This document shows positions 1-14,218 of a stretch of 64,000 bases of DNA, piece after piece. The translations under genes and the position numbers were made by a program. The stretch is from the IMG/VR virus record IMGVR_UViG_2660238580_000002, one strand, 5' to 3'. Below the pieces are notes generated by a model. It ran no database searches and was not told the DNA's origin. It saw only the letters and a list, made by a program, of their open reading frames with translations. This stretch comes from a virus. Taxonomy: Duplodnaviria; Heunggongvirae; Uroviricota; Caudoviricetes. How positions within the stretch are numbered: position 1 is the first letter of the stretch; each line of letters opens with the position of its first letter.

Positions 1-1284
1 TTACAGACTTCTGGAAGGTTGCGCAGCTCTTACAACACGCGGTTGATCTTCCGCAGCGTCTTCCAGCGCACTTAAATCACGGTCTTTCACCTCTGGTATT
101 TTCAGCGCAGAGATTAAACCAATCACTGAATATGCCATGATCATAATGGCGATCGGATACCAGGATTCCGTCATGGTGCAGAAAATACCCGCCAGGATAG
201 GACCAAAACCGGAAGCGATAAGACCACCAATTTCTTTAGAAATAGCCATCCGGGTAAAGCGGTTTTTACAGCCGAACATTTCTGCCATGGTAATGTTTTC
301 CAGAGCAAATAATCCCAGCACCGCACAGTTATGAATCACAATCAGTGCAACCATAATGGTGCTCGGGGCATAGCTTTTATCTACAATGATAGAAAGCATT
401 GGCCATGCCAGCACAATCGCGGAGGTATTCATAATAATATACGGGATCCGGCGACCAATTTTATCGGATAACCAACCAAGGAACGGAATGGTCATAAAGC
501 CGAGAATCGAACTGATCATCAATGCATCTGTTGGAATTGCTTTGTTAAACAATAACGTCTGCACTAAATAGCCTGCAAGGAAAGTCTGAATTAACCCGGA
601 GTTACCCGCCTGACCAAAACGCAGCCCTGTTGCCAGCCAGAAGGATTTGCTCTGGAACATGCTACCAGCAGGTGCAGGTTTTGCTGTCGGTTGGTTACTG
701 TCGTTAACCTTCTCAAAGACCGGGCTTTCTTTCAGATTCATACGCAACCAGATAGCAAAGACCATCACGACAACGCTCGCCAGGAACGGTATACGCCATC
801 CCCACGCCAGCAGTTCCTCTTTACTGAGAATGAAGAACATAAAGGCCCAGATTGCCGTTGCGCTCAAGGTTCCGCAGTTAGTTCCCATAGCCACAAATGA
901 GGAGATAATTCCGCGCTTACCTTTTGGCGCATATTCCGCCAGCATCGTACCGGCACCGGAAATTTCCGCACCTGCACCCAACCCCTGAATAATACGCAAC
1001 GTCACCAGCAAGATGGGTGCAAAAACACCAATCTGTGCATAGGTCGGTAACACACCAATTAAGGTGGTACAGATCCCCATCATGGTGATGGTAATAAAGA
1101 GCACTTTTTTACGCCCTATTCTGTCGCCCATTTTGCCGAAAATAAATGCTCCGACAATACGCGCCACATAACCTGCACCGTAGGTTCCCATTGCCAGAAT
1201 TAACGCCATTGCCGTTGATGATTCAGGAAAAAATATTTCATGAAACACTAACGCTGCGCCGAGCGAATATAACTGGAAATCCAT
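1..1284 (-). CDS. ydfJ: MFS-type transporter (metabolite:H+ symporter family)
   Basis: 427-aa ORF with multiple hydrophobic helices and MFS motif GKMGDRIGRKK; stop codon at bases 1-3; symbol from recollection of K-12 Qin flank. Confidence 0.8.
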   Translation of the reverse strand: MDFQLYSLGAALVFHEIFFPESSTAMALILAMGTYGAGYVARIVGAFIFGKMGDRIGRKKVLFITITMMGICTTLIGVLPTYAQIGVFAPILLVTLRIIQGLGAGAEISGAGTMLAEYAPKGKRGIISSFVAMGTNCGTLSATAIWAFMFFILSKEELLAWGWRIPFLASVVVMVFAIWLRMNLKESPVFEKVNDSNQPTAKPAPAGSMFQSKSFWLATGLRFGQAGNSGLIQTFLAGYLVQTLLFNKAIPTDALMISSILGFMTIPFLGWLSDKIGRRIPYIIMNTSAIVLAWPMLSIIVDKSYAPSTIMVALIVIHNCAVLGLFALENITMAEMFGCKNRFTRMAISKEIGGLIASGFGPILAGIFCTMTESWYPIAIMIMAYSVIGLISALKIPEVKDRDLSALEDAAEDQPRVVRAAQPSRSL

Positions 1285-1345
1285 AATTCACAGGTGTTTT
1301 TTCCCATCCTGTGGTTTCCTTGGCGTTTTCGGTAATGACTCCAAC

Positions 1346-1849
1346 TTATTGATAGTGTTTTATGTTCAGATAATGCCCGATGACTTTGTCATGCAGCTCC
1401 ACCGATTTTGAGAACGACAGCGACTTCCGTCCCAGCCGTGCCAGGTGCTGCCTCAGATTTAGGTTATGCCGCTCAATTCGCTGCGTATATCGCTTGCTGA
1501 TTACGTGCAGCTTTCCCTTCAGGCGGGATTCATACAGCGGCCAGCCATCCGTCATCCATATCACCACGTCAAAGGGTGACAGCAGGCTCATAAGACGCCC
1601 CAGCGTCGCCATAGTGCGTTCACCGAATACGTGCGCAACAACCGTCTTCCGGAGACTGTCATACGCGTAAAACAGCCAGCGCTGGCGCGATTTAGCCCCG
1701 ACATAGCCCCACTGTTCGTCCATTTCCGCGCAGACGATGACGTCACTGCCCGGCTGTATGCGCGAGGTTACCGACTGCGGCCTGAGTTTTTTAAGTGACG
1801 TAAAATCGTGTTGAGGCCAACGCCCATAATGCGGGCTGTTGCCCGGCAT
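1346..1849 (-). CDS. insB: IS1 transposase InsB (expressed as InsAB by frameshift)
   Basis: 167-aa ORF matching IS1 InsB from recollection. Confidence 0.9.
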
Positions 1850-2043
1850 CCAACGCCATTCATGGCCATATCAATGATTTTCTGGTGCGTACCGGGTTGA
1901 GAAGCGGTGTAAGTGAACTGCAGTTGCCATGTTTTACGGCAGTGAGAGCAGAGATAGCGCTGATGTCCGGCGGTGCTTTTGCCGTTACGCACCACCCCGT
2001 CAGTAGCTGAACAGGAGGGACAGCTGATAGAAACAGAAGCCAC
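1768..2043 (-). CDS. insA: IS1 InsA transposition regulator
   Basis: 91-aa ORF with zinc-finger CPSC...CSHC, IS1 InsA. Confidence 0.9.
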
Positions 2044-2846
2044 TGGAGCACCTCAAAAACACCATCATACACTAAATCAGTAAGTTGGCAGCATCACCGC
2101 GTTTTCTAGGTTTTTTCAGATAGTTGCATTTTTTAAAAAGCATCCTAAGTTCGATCTCAGTGTCTATCTGGGGCCTATTTATGTCCCATATATGCCCCAA
2201 AAAAAACTCCCCAACAGATAAGTAGTTTTTTCATGGATTTATGCGTAAAATCAAGAACGGCTGGAAATCATTCAATACTCACACTATCGAAAAATTTACC
2301 AGCCAACCGCAGCACGTTCTTGCATAAGGCGTGTCTGCGGTTTTTCAACTATTCAGATACATCACTCCCATCACATTCATTCCTCCGCATCAAAGGCATA
2401 TAGGCTATATCACCTTGATATTTTTATTTTTCAGATAAAAACTGTTATCTATGTATACTTTTAAACCCAATCCGTGTAGAGTCTCTGCATAAGATAGTTT
2501 GCAGTTGCCGCTTCAGCTTGCGCCATAAACCGCCTGATTTTTGCTGCCACCTGTTAGCATTCCTGTATACCTGAAACGACAATGTTTATCTACGAACTTT
2601 AAGAACACCCAAGATAAAAATTGTCAACTATATCATATATAACACATTACTAATTCGAGGCTATATGAACAGCATACTGATAATCACATCTCTCCTTATC
2701 ATATTCAGCATTTTTAGTCATGCCCTAATAAAATTAGGGATTGGCATATCCAATAACCCAGACAAAACCGATGTATAAGTCAACATATCCTGAATCAGAC
2801 ATACAATATCGCAATGAAAATCAATAATATTTTAAGGAATATCTTC

Positions 2847-3080
2847 ATGAAATCAAAAGACACCCTAAAGTGGTTCCCTGCGCAGCTTCCTGAAGTAAGA
2901 ATTATCCTAGGGGATGCTGTAGTGGAAGTAGCAAAACAGGGAAGACCTATCAATACCAGAACATTGCTTGATTACATTGAAGGAAACATAAAGAAAAAAT
3001 CATGGCTGGATAACAAAGAATTATTACAAACAGCGATATCAGTTCTTAAAGACAACCAAAATTTAAATGGTAAAATGTAA
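2847..3080 (+). CDS. ydfK: YdfK/YnaE-family small prophage protein
   Basis: ORF internal Met MKSKDTLKWFPAQLPEVRIILGD...; matches K-12 YdfK from recollection. Confidence 0.65.
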   Translation: MKSKDTLKWFPAQLPEVRIILGDAVVEVAKQGRPINTRTLLDYIEGNIKKKSWLDNKELLQTAISVLKDNQNLNGKM

Positions 3081-3396
3081 TATAATAAACTTACTTTTTT
3101 ATCATTTTTCCACTTTAACAACATTTTGCTCCACTTTTCCACGACCAAACAACTTGAAATCTGGTTAAAATAACACGTAACACTATTCTTCTTCCTTGAG
3201 TCCGCCCGGAACTCGAAAAACAAACCGAGTTAAAGCCATTTTTCACAAAATCGATTTTGGGTCTCACCAAAATTACGGGGTTGCATACGCATTCGTTTAT
3301 TTTCGAACGTGTACATACAAATATGCACAAAAATAATCAAAATTATTTTCTGAGATGCATTATGATATGAACACCAATTTCGTATAGAGTCTCACT

Positions 3397-3987
3397 ATGT
3401 CTCGAATTTTTGCTTACTGTCGGATATCAACGCTGGATCAGACCACCGAAAATCAACGCCGGGAAATCGAAAGTGCAGGTTTTAAAATCAAACCTCAGCA
3501 AATAATCGAAGAACACATTAGCGGCTCAGCAGCAACCAGTGAGCGTCCTGGTTTTAACCGGTTGCTTGCTCGCCTGAAATGTGGTGATCAATTGATTGTG
3601 ACAAAACTGGATCGCCTTGGTTGTAATGCAATGGATATCAGGAAAACAGTGGAACAACTGACCGAAACAGGTATCAGAGTGCATTGCTTAGCATTGGGGG
3701 GCATTGACCTGACCAGTCCAACAGGAAAAATGATGATGCAAGTAATTTCAGCAGTCGCTGAATTTGAACGAGACCTTTTACTTGAACGCACTCATTCCGG
3801 GATAGTAAGAGCCCGGGGCGCAGGGAAACGTTTTGGTCGACCACCTGTGTTAAATGAAGAACAGAAACAGGTGGTATTCGAACGAATTAAGTCAGGTGTA
3901 AGTATAAGTGCCATTGCCCGGGAATTCAAAACCTCGCGGCAAACCATTTTAAGAGCCAAAGCAAAACTTCAGACACCTGACATATAA
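3397..3987 (+). CDS. pinQ: Pin/Gin/Hin-type serine recombinase (DNA invertase)
   Basis: 196 aa; N-terminal catalytic region YCRISTLDQ (serine recombinase) and C-terminal HTH. Confidence 0.9.
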
Positions 3988-4084
3988 AAAATAATCTCGG
4001 TGTGAGATGCTTTACGTCTTCCAAGCCACCTTCCTTGCCGTAAATGGAAAGATACATCTAATTATAGAATTTATATGTTTTACC

Positions 4085-4660
4085 CTACGGCAGTGCTGGC
4101 CATTCAATATCCTGTGCAGTTGACGTATCAACACGGTTCAGCAATACCCGATACTTTTTCCATGCTTCCAGCAACGAGATTTCTTCCTCCGTTGCAATTT
4201 CCAGATCTGCAGCATCCTGAAGCGGCGCAATATGCTCACTGGCTACCTGCATCAGGCTGTTTTTTGTTTCTTCCGCCTCCCGGATCCGGAACAGTTTTTC
4301 TGCTTCCGTATCCTTCACCCAGGCTGTGCCGTTCCACTTCTGATATTCCCCTCCCGGCGATAACCAGGTAACATTTTCCGGTAACGGACCGAGTTCAGAA
4401 ATAAATAACGCGTCGCCGGAAGCCACGTCATAAACCGTTTTACCCCGATGATCTTCAACGAGATGCCACGATGCCTCATCACTGTTGAAAACAGCCACGA
4501 AGCCTGCCGGAATATCTGGCGGTGCAATATCGATACTGTTTGCTGGCAGACCTGTATGAGGCGGAATATATGCGTCACCTTCACCAATAAATTCATTAGT
4601 TCCGGCCAGCAGATTATAAATTTTTATGGTCCGTGGTTGTTCACTCATTCTGAATGCCAT
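4085..4660 (-). CDS. tfa: tail fiber assembly protein Tfa
   Basis: 191 aa starting [24 protein letters not shown], lambda Tfa-like. Confidence 0.9.
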   Translation of the reverse strand: MAFRMSEQPRTIKIYNLLAGTNEFIGEGDAYIPPHTGLPANSIDIAPPDIPAGFVAVFNSDEASWHLVEDHRGKTVYDVASGDALFISELGPLPENVTWLSPGGEYQKWNGTAWVKDTEAEKLFRIREAEETKNSLMQVASEHIAPLQDAADLEIATEEEISLLEAWKKYRVLLNRVDTSTAQDIEWPALP

Positions 4661-7600
4661 TATGCAAGCCTCACAATATAGTTAAATGCGATGTTTTTGA
4701 CGGTGTTTTCCGCGTTACCAGCAGCGTTAACGGTGATGGTATGTCCATGTGAACCAATCGCAACGGAGTGCGTATGAGCACCAATACCGACAGTATGTGC
4801 GTGTGCACCTGCGCTTGCAGCAGTACCCGATACAGAGTGCGTATGAGCGCCTGCAGAAGAAGTGTTAACACTGTATTTAGAGTAATCAGGTGATCCACTT
4901 CCCGGAGCACCACTGGAACCACCTGAAACAAATGTCATCGAATGGGTATGTGCACCGGCTGAAGCAGCCGTACCGCTAACACTATGGGTATGCGCACCAG
5001 TGTTATTCGTGGATTTAGTGCCGTAATCAAACGACGATGTGGTTTTCGTCCCCAAATCCGTACTGGATACGCTGGCGCTGTGGGTGTGTGATTTAATGCC
5101 GTCCTGTTCCTGAGACAATACGGCTCGATCACTGGCGGGCTTGCCCTTAATCGTCCAGCCACGCATATCAGGGATCACGCCTGACGGATAAGCGGCTGCA
5201 AGTTTCGGGTAAGCAGATTTGTCAAAAGTCTGCCCCTGCATCAGGGCATAACCAGACGGAACGGTATCTGATGGCCACGGGATTGGTGCACCGACTGGAT
5301 AAAACTCTGCAGGAGGATGAGCCGAGGTGTAAAGCTGCGCCCACGGCGACCAGTTTGCGTCGGTCGTATCCCGTCGTGAACGAATAAATGCCGGAGCATG
5401 AGCACCGCTTGTACCACTCCAGCCGATGAGTAACTCACCTTCGCCAACGGCTGTCATCCCTTTCAGGTGAATGATATTTCCATACGCTGTTGGATATCCG
5501 TTGTTATACACCTCGTATAACTCAAGACCTGTTGCCCCCTGCGTATTGTCTGTCAGCGCGGTTACCCGACCTTTTGAAGACAGATTAACTGATGATACTG
5601 CTGTTCCACCTGACGGTAACGCCCCGATCTCTGATGCCGTTGGCTTATTTCTGGAGTTATAGTCCCTTCGCCAGCCAGGTGAATAATCTGTTCCGTGATT
5701 AATATAGGTAAACTGGGCGTTAGTTGTTCCACCACCAGTGGAGGTGGTCGGTGTGGTAATGCGGATCGTCATCGCTGACTTTATCCCCATTACTTCAATG
5801 ACAGCTCCGGCGAGATGAATATTACCGCAGCCAGTATCAGTAATGATTTTATTATTGCCATAAGACCAGGAACCCTTGCACATCCAGTATGGATGGTTAA
5901 ATGCTCCCTGAGAATCCAGCCACTCGATAAACTGTGCAGTCGTCCAGTTTCCTGTTGTTGTGCTTACTGACCCACCGAAGGCACGGCAGGCACCAATATT
6001 TTTCGTAAAGGTGTCTTTGCCAGGGATATCCGCACCGTTCTGATCTTTCTGCAGACGTTTCTCAGCATTGTCATTGGCTGCTTTTACTGCCTTTGGCGTT
6101 GCCGCCAGCGTTTCAGACGTGCTGTTGGTCGCGCTGCTTAGCTGGATTATCCCTTTCTGTGCTGTCGTTGCATCCTGTGCGGTGTATTTCCCGTTAGCCA
6201 GGTCATACGCGGCCTTAACGGCTTTTGGCGTTGCCGCCAGTGACTCGGAAGTGCTGTTGGTCGCACTGCTGAGCTGTACTATCCCCTTTTTCGTCGTGCT
6301 CGCATCCTCAAGCGCCACGGCGGATGCAATATCCTCTGCCCGTTTTGCCGCTGTCTCAGCGCGCGTTGCTGCAGATTCCGCCGTACTTTTGCTCTGAGCT
6401 GCTGCCGTCGCACTGCCAGCTGCCTCTGTCGCCTTCGTGGATGCCGTCGTGGCGCTACCCTTCGCTGCTGACGCCTGTCTGGTCGCCTCATCTTTTGAAG
6501 CAGACGCAGATGATGCCGATGACGACGCCGAACTGGCTGACGATGCGGCAGCCGTTTTTGAGGATTCTGCGCTGGTTTCCGACGCTTTCGCGTTCGTTTC
6601 GGATGTCTTCGCTGCGGAAGCAGACCTCGCTGCTGCGCTGGCCTGTTCAGTGGCTTCGCCAGCCTTCGTTGTGGCTGTTGAAGCAGACGATGCGGCGCTT
6701 TCTGCCGATTTTCCGGCGGCGGTGGCACTGGCTGAGGCCTGCCCGGCACTTGTTGACGCTGCACTGGCAGACGACGCAGCCGCTGTTTTTGAGCCTGCCG
6801 CAGCCGAGGCGCTCTGTCCCGCTGCCGTTTCAGAAGACCTGGCGTTCGTCTCTGACGTTTTTGCCGCCTTCGCGGAATTTCCTGCCGCTGTTGCCGAGGA
6901 AGCTGCGCTACTGGCGCTCGAGGATGCGTTCGTTTCTGATGATTTTGCCGCCTCTTTTGAAGCCGCCGCATCCCGGGCTGAGGTGGCAGCTTCTGACGCT
7001 TTCGTAGTCGCGGTGGATGCAGAAGTGGCTGCTGATTGTTGTGACGCTGCAGCATTCGTTTCTGACGTTTTCGCGGCACTGGCACTGGTAGCTGCCGCGC
7101 TTTTTGAGGACTCTGCAGCGGCAGCACTTTTTGATGCTTCAGTGGCCTTTGTTGATGCCGTTCCTGCGCTGGAAGTCGCTGACTGAGCCGACGACGCGGC
7201 CTGTCCGGCTGACGTGCTGGCTGCGCGTGCTGAGCCTGCAGCATCAGTCGCATGGGTTGCCGCCTCACGGGCTGATGTGCTGGCATCACTGGCTGACTTC
7301 TTCGCGGCTGCCGTGTTCTGTGCCACCACGGACGCGTTACGCGCCACCTCTTCCACCATCAGCTCAAAACGGCGCAGTGCCTCCGGACGGGCATCATCCT
7401 CCGTCATGGCACCGAGAAAATCATTCAGCGTACCGGGTCGGGAATCTTCATACACTGTGATGGTCCCGGCATGTGACGGCGGGAATCCTTCCACCAACAG
7501 AATAACGCTGTACTGACCGTACTCAACGTCCATACTGTAACGCCCGGCTTCATCCGGATTTTCAGATGCCAGCGTGTTCACCACCACCGTGGTACTGTTA

Positions 7601-7683
7601 CGTTTTGCTTTCAGCTGGATTGTGCAGTTCTGTACCGGTTTTCCTGTGCCGTCTTTCAGTACACCTGAAATTTTTACTGCCAT
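4660..7683 (-). CDS. stf: side tail fiber protein Stf
   Basis: ~1007 aa from [18 protein letters not shown] (lambda Stf N-terminus); long Ala/Ser/Thr-rich central region; C-terminal GAHTHS repeats. Confidence 0.9.
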   Translation of the reverse strand: MAVKISGVLKDGTGKPVQNCTIQLKAKRNSTTVVVNTLASENPDEAGRYSMDVEYGQYSVILLVEGFPPSHAGTITVYEDSRPGTLNDFLGAMTEDDARPEALRRFELMVEEVARNASVVAQNTAAAKKSASDASTSAREAATHATDAAGSARAASTSAGQAASSAQSATSSAGTASTKATEASKSAAAAESSKSAAATSASAAKTSETNAAASQQSAATSASTATTKASEAATSARDAAASKEAAKSSETNASSSASSAASSATAAGNSAKAAKTSETNARSSETAAGQSASAAAGSKTAAASSASAASTSAGQASASATAAGKSAESAASSASTATTKAGEATEQASAAARSASAAKTSETNAKASETSAESSKTAAASSASSASSSASSASASKDEATRQASAAKGSATTASTKATEAAGSATAAAQSKSTAESAATRAETAAKRAEDIASAVALEDASTTKKGIVQLSSATNSTSESLAATPKAVKAAYDLANGKYTAQDATTAQKGIIQLSSATNSTSETLAATPKAVKAANDNAEKRLQKDQNGADIPGKDTFTKNIGACRAFGGSVSTTTGNWTTAQFIEWLDSQGAFNHPYWMCKGSWSYGNNKIITDTGCGNIHLAGAVIEVMGIKSAMTIRITTPTTSTGGGTTNAQFTYINHGTDYSPGWRRDYNSRNKPTASEIGALPSGGTAVSSVNLSSKGRVTALTDNTQGATGLELYEVYNNGYPTAYGNIIHLKGMTAVGEGELLIGWSGTSGAHAPAFIRSRRDTTDANWSPWAQLYTSAHPPAEFYPVGAPIPWPSDTVPSGYALMQGQTFDKSAYPKLAAAYPSGVIPDMRGWTIKGKPASDRAVLSQEQDGIKSHTHSASVSSTDLGTKTTSSFDYGTKSTNNTGAHTHSVSGTAASAGAHTHSMTFVSGGSSGAPGSGSPDYSKYSVNTSSAGAHTHSVSGTAASAGAHAHTVGIGAHTHSVAIGSHGHTITVNAAGNAENTVKNIAFNYIVRLA

Positions 7684-7690
7684 ATTCACC

Positions 7691-7720
7691 CCACAAAAAA
7701 GCCCGCCTGAACCGGCGGGC
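7691..7720 (-). terminator. rho-independent terminator-like hairpin downstream of lom
   Basis: GCCCGCC-TGAACC-GGCGGGC stem-loop followed on minus strand by T-run. Confidence 0.5.
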
Positions 7721-7747
7721 TGTCATAACACTGTGTTACCTGGCTAA

Positions 7748-8347
7748 TCAGAATTTATAACCAACACCCACGATGAACCCGTCAGTGCGCCAGTCACCAC
7801 TGCCGGAGCCTTCATAAGCGACATCAATGGCCACGGATTCGGTCGGGTTAAACTGCACGCCAGCTCCCCACGCCAGAGACGTGTTGCTGTGGCGACCGTC
7901 ATCACTTCCGGTCAGCACGTCGTGCGTTTTCCCCTTGTTGTCAGTTACGCGGAGATAATCCCCGGAGAAAGTCGACACACGGCTGTAAGCCATACCCGCC
8001 ATCGCATACGCGCTGAACCATTCATTCACGCGCACAGACGGCCCCGCCATCACGCTGAACCAGCGGTTACGCACGGAATCTTCATGCCAGCGGGTATCGC
8101 TGTAACGGGTAAGCTGGCGATTCTTGTCTCCTGCATAGCTGAATGACGTCACCAGCCCCAGTGTGTCCGTAAACTCATAACGGTATTTCACGTTAATCCC
8201 GTTCAGATCATCGCTGCCGGGAACGTTCGTCGAGGCATGAAGATACCCCGCGCTCAGCGTGGACTGATGTTCAGACGCCCATGCAGGCGCACCGGATACG
8301 GCCAGACAAATGGCTGCGGACAAAATGGCGGCATAAAGTTTACGCAT
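7748..8347 (-). CDS. lom: Lom/Ail-family outer membrane protein
   Basis: 199 aa with signal peptide [24 protein letters not shown]; lambda Lom-like. Confidence 0.9.
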
Positions 8348-8371
8348 AATTACCTCTCGCTTTTCTGCAAT

Positions 8372-8395
8372 AAAAAAGGCGTCATTTCTGACGCC
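8372..8395 (-). terminator. rho-independent terminator-like hairpin downstream of J
   Basis: GGCGTCA-TTTC-TGACGCC hairpin followed on minus strand by T-run. Confidence 0.5.
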
Positions 8396-8413
8396 CGTTC
8401 TGGGTTATAAAAT

Positions 8414-11815
<3,402 letters not shown>

Positions 11816-11872
11816 TCACGCTCCATAAATGACAAAACCGCCCGCAGGCGGTTTCACATAAAACATTTTGCA

Positions 11873-12544
11873 TCAGCGACCAATCACCACAACCTGACCA
11901 CCGTCCCCTTCGTCTGCCGTGCTGATCTCCTGAGAAACCACGCGTGACCCCACGCGCATTTCCCCGTACAGAACAGGCAGAACATTGCCCTGGGCAACCA
12001 TGTTATCCAGTGAGGAGAAATAGGTGTTCTGCTTACCGTTATCCGTTGTCTGTGTACGGGGAGTTCTGGCTTTCGGTGCCAGCATCTGCGCCACACCACC
12101 GAACACCATACTGGCACCGAGAGAAAACAGGATGCCGGTCATACCACCGGCCCCAATGGCTGCCCCCCATGCTGCAAGGGTGGCTCCGGCGGTAAAGAAT
12201 GATCCGGCAATGGCGGCAGCCCCCAGGACAATCTGGATTACGCCACCTGACTTGGCCCCGGCGACTCTGGGAACAATATGAATCACAGCGCCATCAGGCA
12301 GAGTCTCATGTAACTGCGCCGTTAACCCGGACGTGCTGACGTCCCGCCCGGCAATCCGTACCTGATACCAGCCGTCGCTCAGTTTCTGACGAAACGCCGG
12401 GAGCTGTGTGGCCAGTGCCCGGATGGCTTCAGCCCCCGTTTTCACACGAAGGTCGATGCGGCGACCAAATCGTTGTAAATCCCCGTAAAGGCAGATGCGC
12501 GCCATGCCCGGTGACGCCAGAGGGAGTGTGTGCGTCGCTGCCAT
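11873..12544 (-). CDS. I: tail assembly protein I
   Basis: 223 aa; 672 nt equals lambda I; position between K and J. Confidence 0.85.
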   Translation of the reverse strand: MAATHTLPLASPGMARICLYGDLQRFGRRIDLRVKTGAEAIRALATQLPAFRQKLSDGWYQVRIAGRDVSTSGLTAQLHETLPDGAVIHIVPRVAGAKSGGVIQIVLGAAAIAGSFFTAGATLAAWGAAIGAGGMTGILFSLGASMVFGGVAQMLAPKARTPRTQTTDNGKQNTYFSSLDNMVAQGNVLPVLYGEMRVGSRVVSQEISTADEGDGGQVVVIGR

Positions 12545-13185
12545 TTGTCGGTGTACCTCTCTCGTTTGCTCAGTTGTTCAGGAATATGGTGCAGCAGCTC
12601 GCCGTCGCCGCAGTAAATTGCGGCGTGATTCGGCACCGATGAACCAAAACAGCACAGCAGCACATCGCCCGGCTGTGCCGCTGACAACGGCACCTGATAC
12701 AGCCCCGTCGCCTCCAGATTATCCAGATAGAGATTCTGGCCGTTACGCCACCAGTCATCCTCACGATGAAAGTCCGGCATCTCAATCCCCGCCAGATGAT
12801 AAGCATCCCGGAACAGTGTGTAACAGTCCGTCACACCGTGCTCAAAGCGCCGCCCGGTGAGATGCGGCACACAGCGGAACTTATGAATCGTCCCCCGGCA
12901 GACCAGCCACCACGGCAAATCACTCTGCACCTGCAGCCGCCGGTCGGCCTCACTCAGCCAGGGCAGACCACCGGGGTGGCTGTGGACCAGCGCCACAATC
13001 TCACCCTGCATTTCTGCCTGCAGCCAGTCTTCCGGCGACATACGGAAATACGCCTCCGGCTCACCGGAGATATTCACGCAGGGGAAATATCTTTCCCCCT
13101 CCGGCGTGCTTACCACGAAGCCGCACGACTCCGCTGGCGCACATCGCCGGGCGTGCGCCAGAATCGCTGATTCTGTCTGTGTCAT
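12442..13185 (-). CDS. K: tail assembly protein K (MPN/JAB plus NlpC/P60-like)
   Basis: 247-aa ORF; HSHP motif; classical lambda K (199 aa) would start at internal Met near 13041. Confidence 0.85.
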   Translation of the reverse strand: MTQTESAILAHARRCAPAESCGFVVSTPEGERYFPCVNISGEPEAYFRMSPEDWLQAEMQGEIVALVHSHPGGLPWLSEADRRLQVQSDLPWWLVCRGTIHKFRCVPHLTGRRFEHGVTDCYTLFRDAYHLAGIEMPDFHREDDWWRNGQNLYLDNLEATGLYQVPLSAAQPGDVLLCCFGSSVPNHAAIYCGDGELLHHIPEQLSKRERYTDKWQRRTHSLWRHRAWRASAFTGIYNDLVAASTFV

Positions 13186-13190
13186 GGGAT

Positions 13191-13889
13191 TTACTGCGAA
13201 AGTTTGTTAATGGAAAGGAAGCCGCCAAAGTTGCCGACGTTATTGCGGAACTTACAACCGCTCAGGCATTTGCTGCATTTATCCTTCGTGATATCGGACG
13301 TTGGCTGGTCATATTCATCCGCGACAGCCGGACCGCTATAACCGCACTCGTCACCGCGATAGGTCCAGGTGCAGGTGTTGGCCAGCATGATACGTCCCGG
13401 AAAAACAGCGCCATCCGTTTCCGTCGGCGTGGACAGTACAAAGGAGGCACTCACCGCGCTCAGTTCGCTGCACTGCTCAATGCGCCAGCGGCTGATCACC
13501 TCCTGCTCCGGATCGGCGTAACTGTTTCCGTTGACGAAGTTCACCGCATCCAGAAAACGGGCGTAAACCTTACGCCGGACCACCGTTCCGCCGACCAGAC
13601 TCTGCATATCTTCCGCCATCCCGGTGACCATACCGTACAGGTTAGAAACCGTCAGCGTGGGGCGCGTACTGGTGCCTTTGCCATTCAGTTCAAAACCGCT
13701 CCCCTGAATGGGATACGGCTGATACTGTCGCCCCTGCCAGGTGACCGGCTCACCTTTTTCGTTCTGCTCATTACAGAAAAAATAACGTTCTCCACCGACC
13801 TCTGTCAGGTCGATTTCCCAGAGCACCACGCTGGCCGACTGCTCCGCACGGGTGCATTCATTCAGTGTTTCCTGCCGGATATCCTGCAT
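13191..13889 (-). CDS. L: minor tail protein L
   Basis: 232 aa; 699 nt equals lambda L. Confidence 0.88.
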   Translation of the reverse strand: MQDIRQETLNECTRAEQSASVVLWEIDLTEVGGERYFFCNEQNEKGEPVTWQGRQYQPYPIQGSGFELNGKGTSTRPTLTVSNLYGMVTGMAEDMQSLVGGTVVRRKVYARFLDAVNFVNGNSYADPEQEVISRWRIEQCSELSAVSASFVLSTPTETDGAVFPGRIMLANTCTWTYRGDECGYSGPAVADEYDQPTSDITKDKCSKCLSGCKFRNNVGNFGGFLSINKLSQ

Positions 13890-14218
13890 CAGTTCACCAC
13901 CTGTTCAAACTCTGCGCTGAACTCAACACGCAGCATACTGACCCGCGACGACCATTTTGCGCAGGTCACCTTTATCTGCCGCCACTCATAAGGCGGCGTC
14001 CACAGAAAGGATTTCCAGCCCCCGTGCTCTTCCAGAAACGACTCCAGTACCGTGGCCTCCTCACGGGGGACAGAAAGCGTCACGCTGTACGTTTTCAGGT
14101 TGGCATTCAGCCCGGCAGGCGCTCGCTGAGAATAGCCATCACCAAAGCGCACCTTTCTTACAGAAGGGATCGAAGCCACATCCATACCGGGTTTCACTTT
14201 CCAGCGGAAGGTCTTCAT
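13889..14218 (-). CDS. M: minor tail protein M
   Basis: 109 aa; 330 nt equals lambda M. Confidence 0.88.
   Translation of the reverse strand: MKTFRWKVKPGMDVASIPSVRKVRFGDGYSQRAPAGLNANLKTYSVTLSVPREEATVLESFLEEHGGWKSFLWTPPYEWRQIKVTCAKWSSRVSMLRVEFSAEFEQVVN

Larger units (their letters stand above)
1331..2098 (-). mobile_element. IS1 insertion sequence (768 bp)
   Basis: Ends GGTAATGACTCCAACTTA...TAAGTTGGCAGCATCACC; encodes InsA and InsB; flanked by 8-bp direct repeat GCGTTTTC (1323-1330, 2099-2106). Confidence 0.95.

Noticed and set aside
1380-1670. 96-aa plus-strand ORF inside IS1
   Set aside because: It is antisense to insB within a well-characterised IS; there is no support for a separate gene.
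3080-4085. Possible Pin-invertible tail-fibre segment
   Set aside because: I found no pair of inverted crossover sites and no alternative stf/tfa C-terminal cassette; pin is separated from tfa by only about 100 bp.
6068-7289. Several long overlapping ORFs on both strands (for example 6279-7289 minus, 6437-7186 plus) with Arg/Gln-rich or Ala/Asp-rich translations
   Set aside because: They lie inside the Ala/Ser/Thr-rich repetitive central region of stf; the GC-rich codon-repeat composition keeps alternative frames open. Only the stf frame is collinear with lambda.
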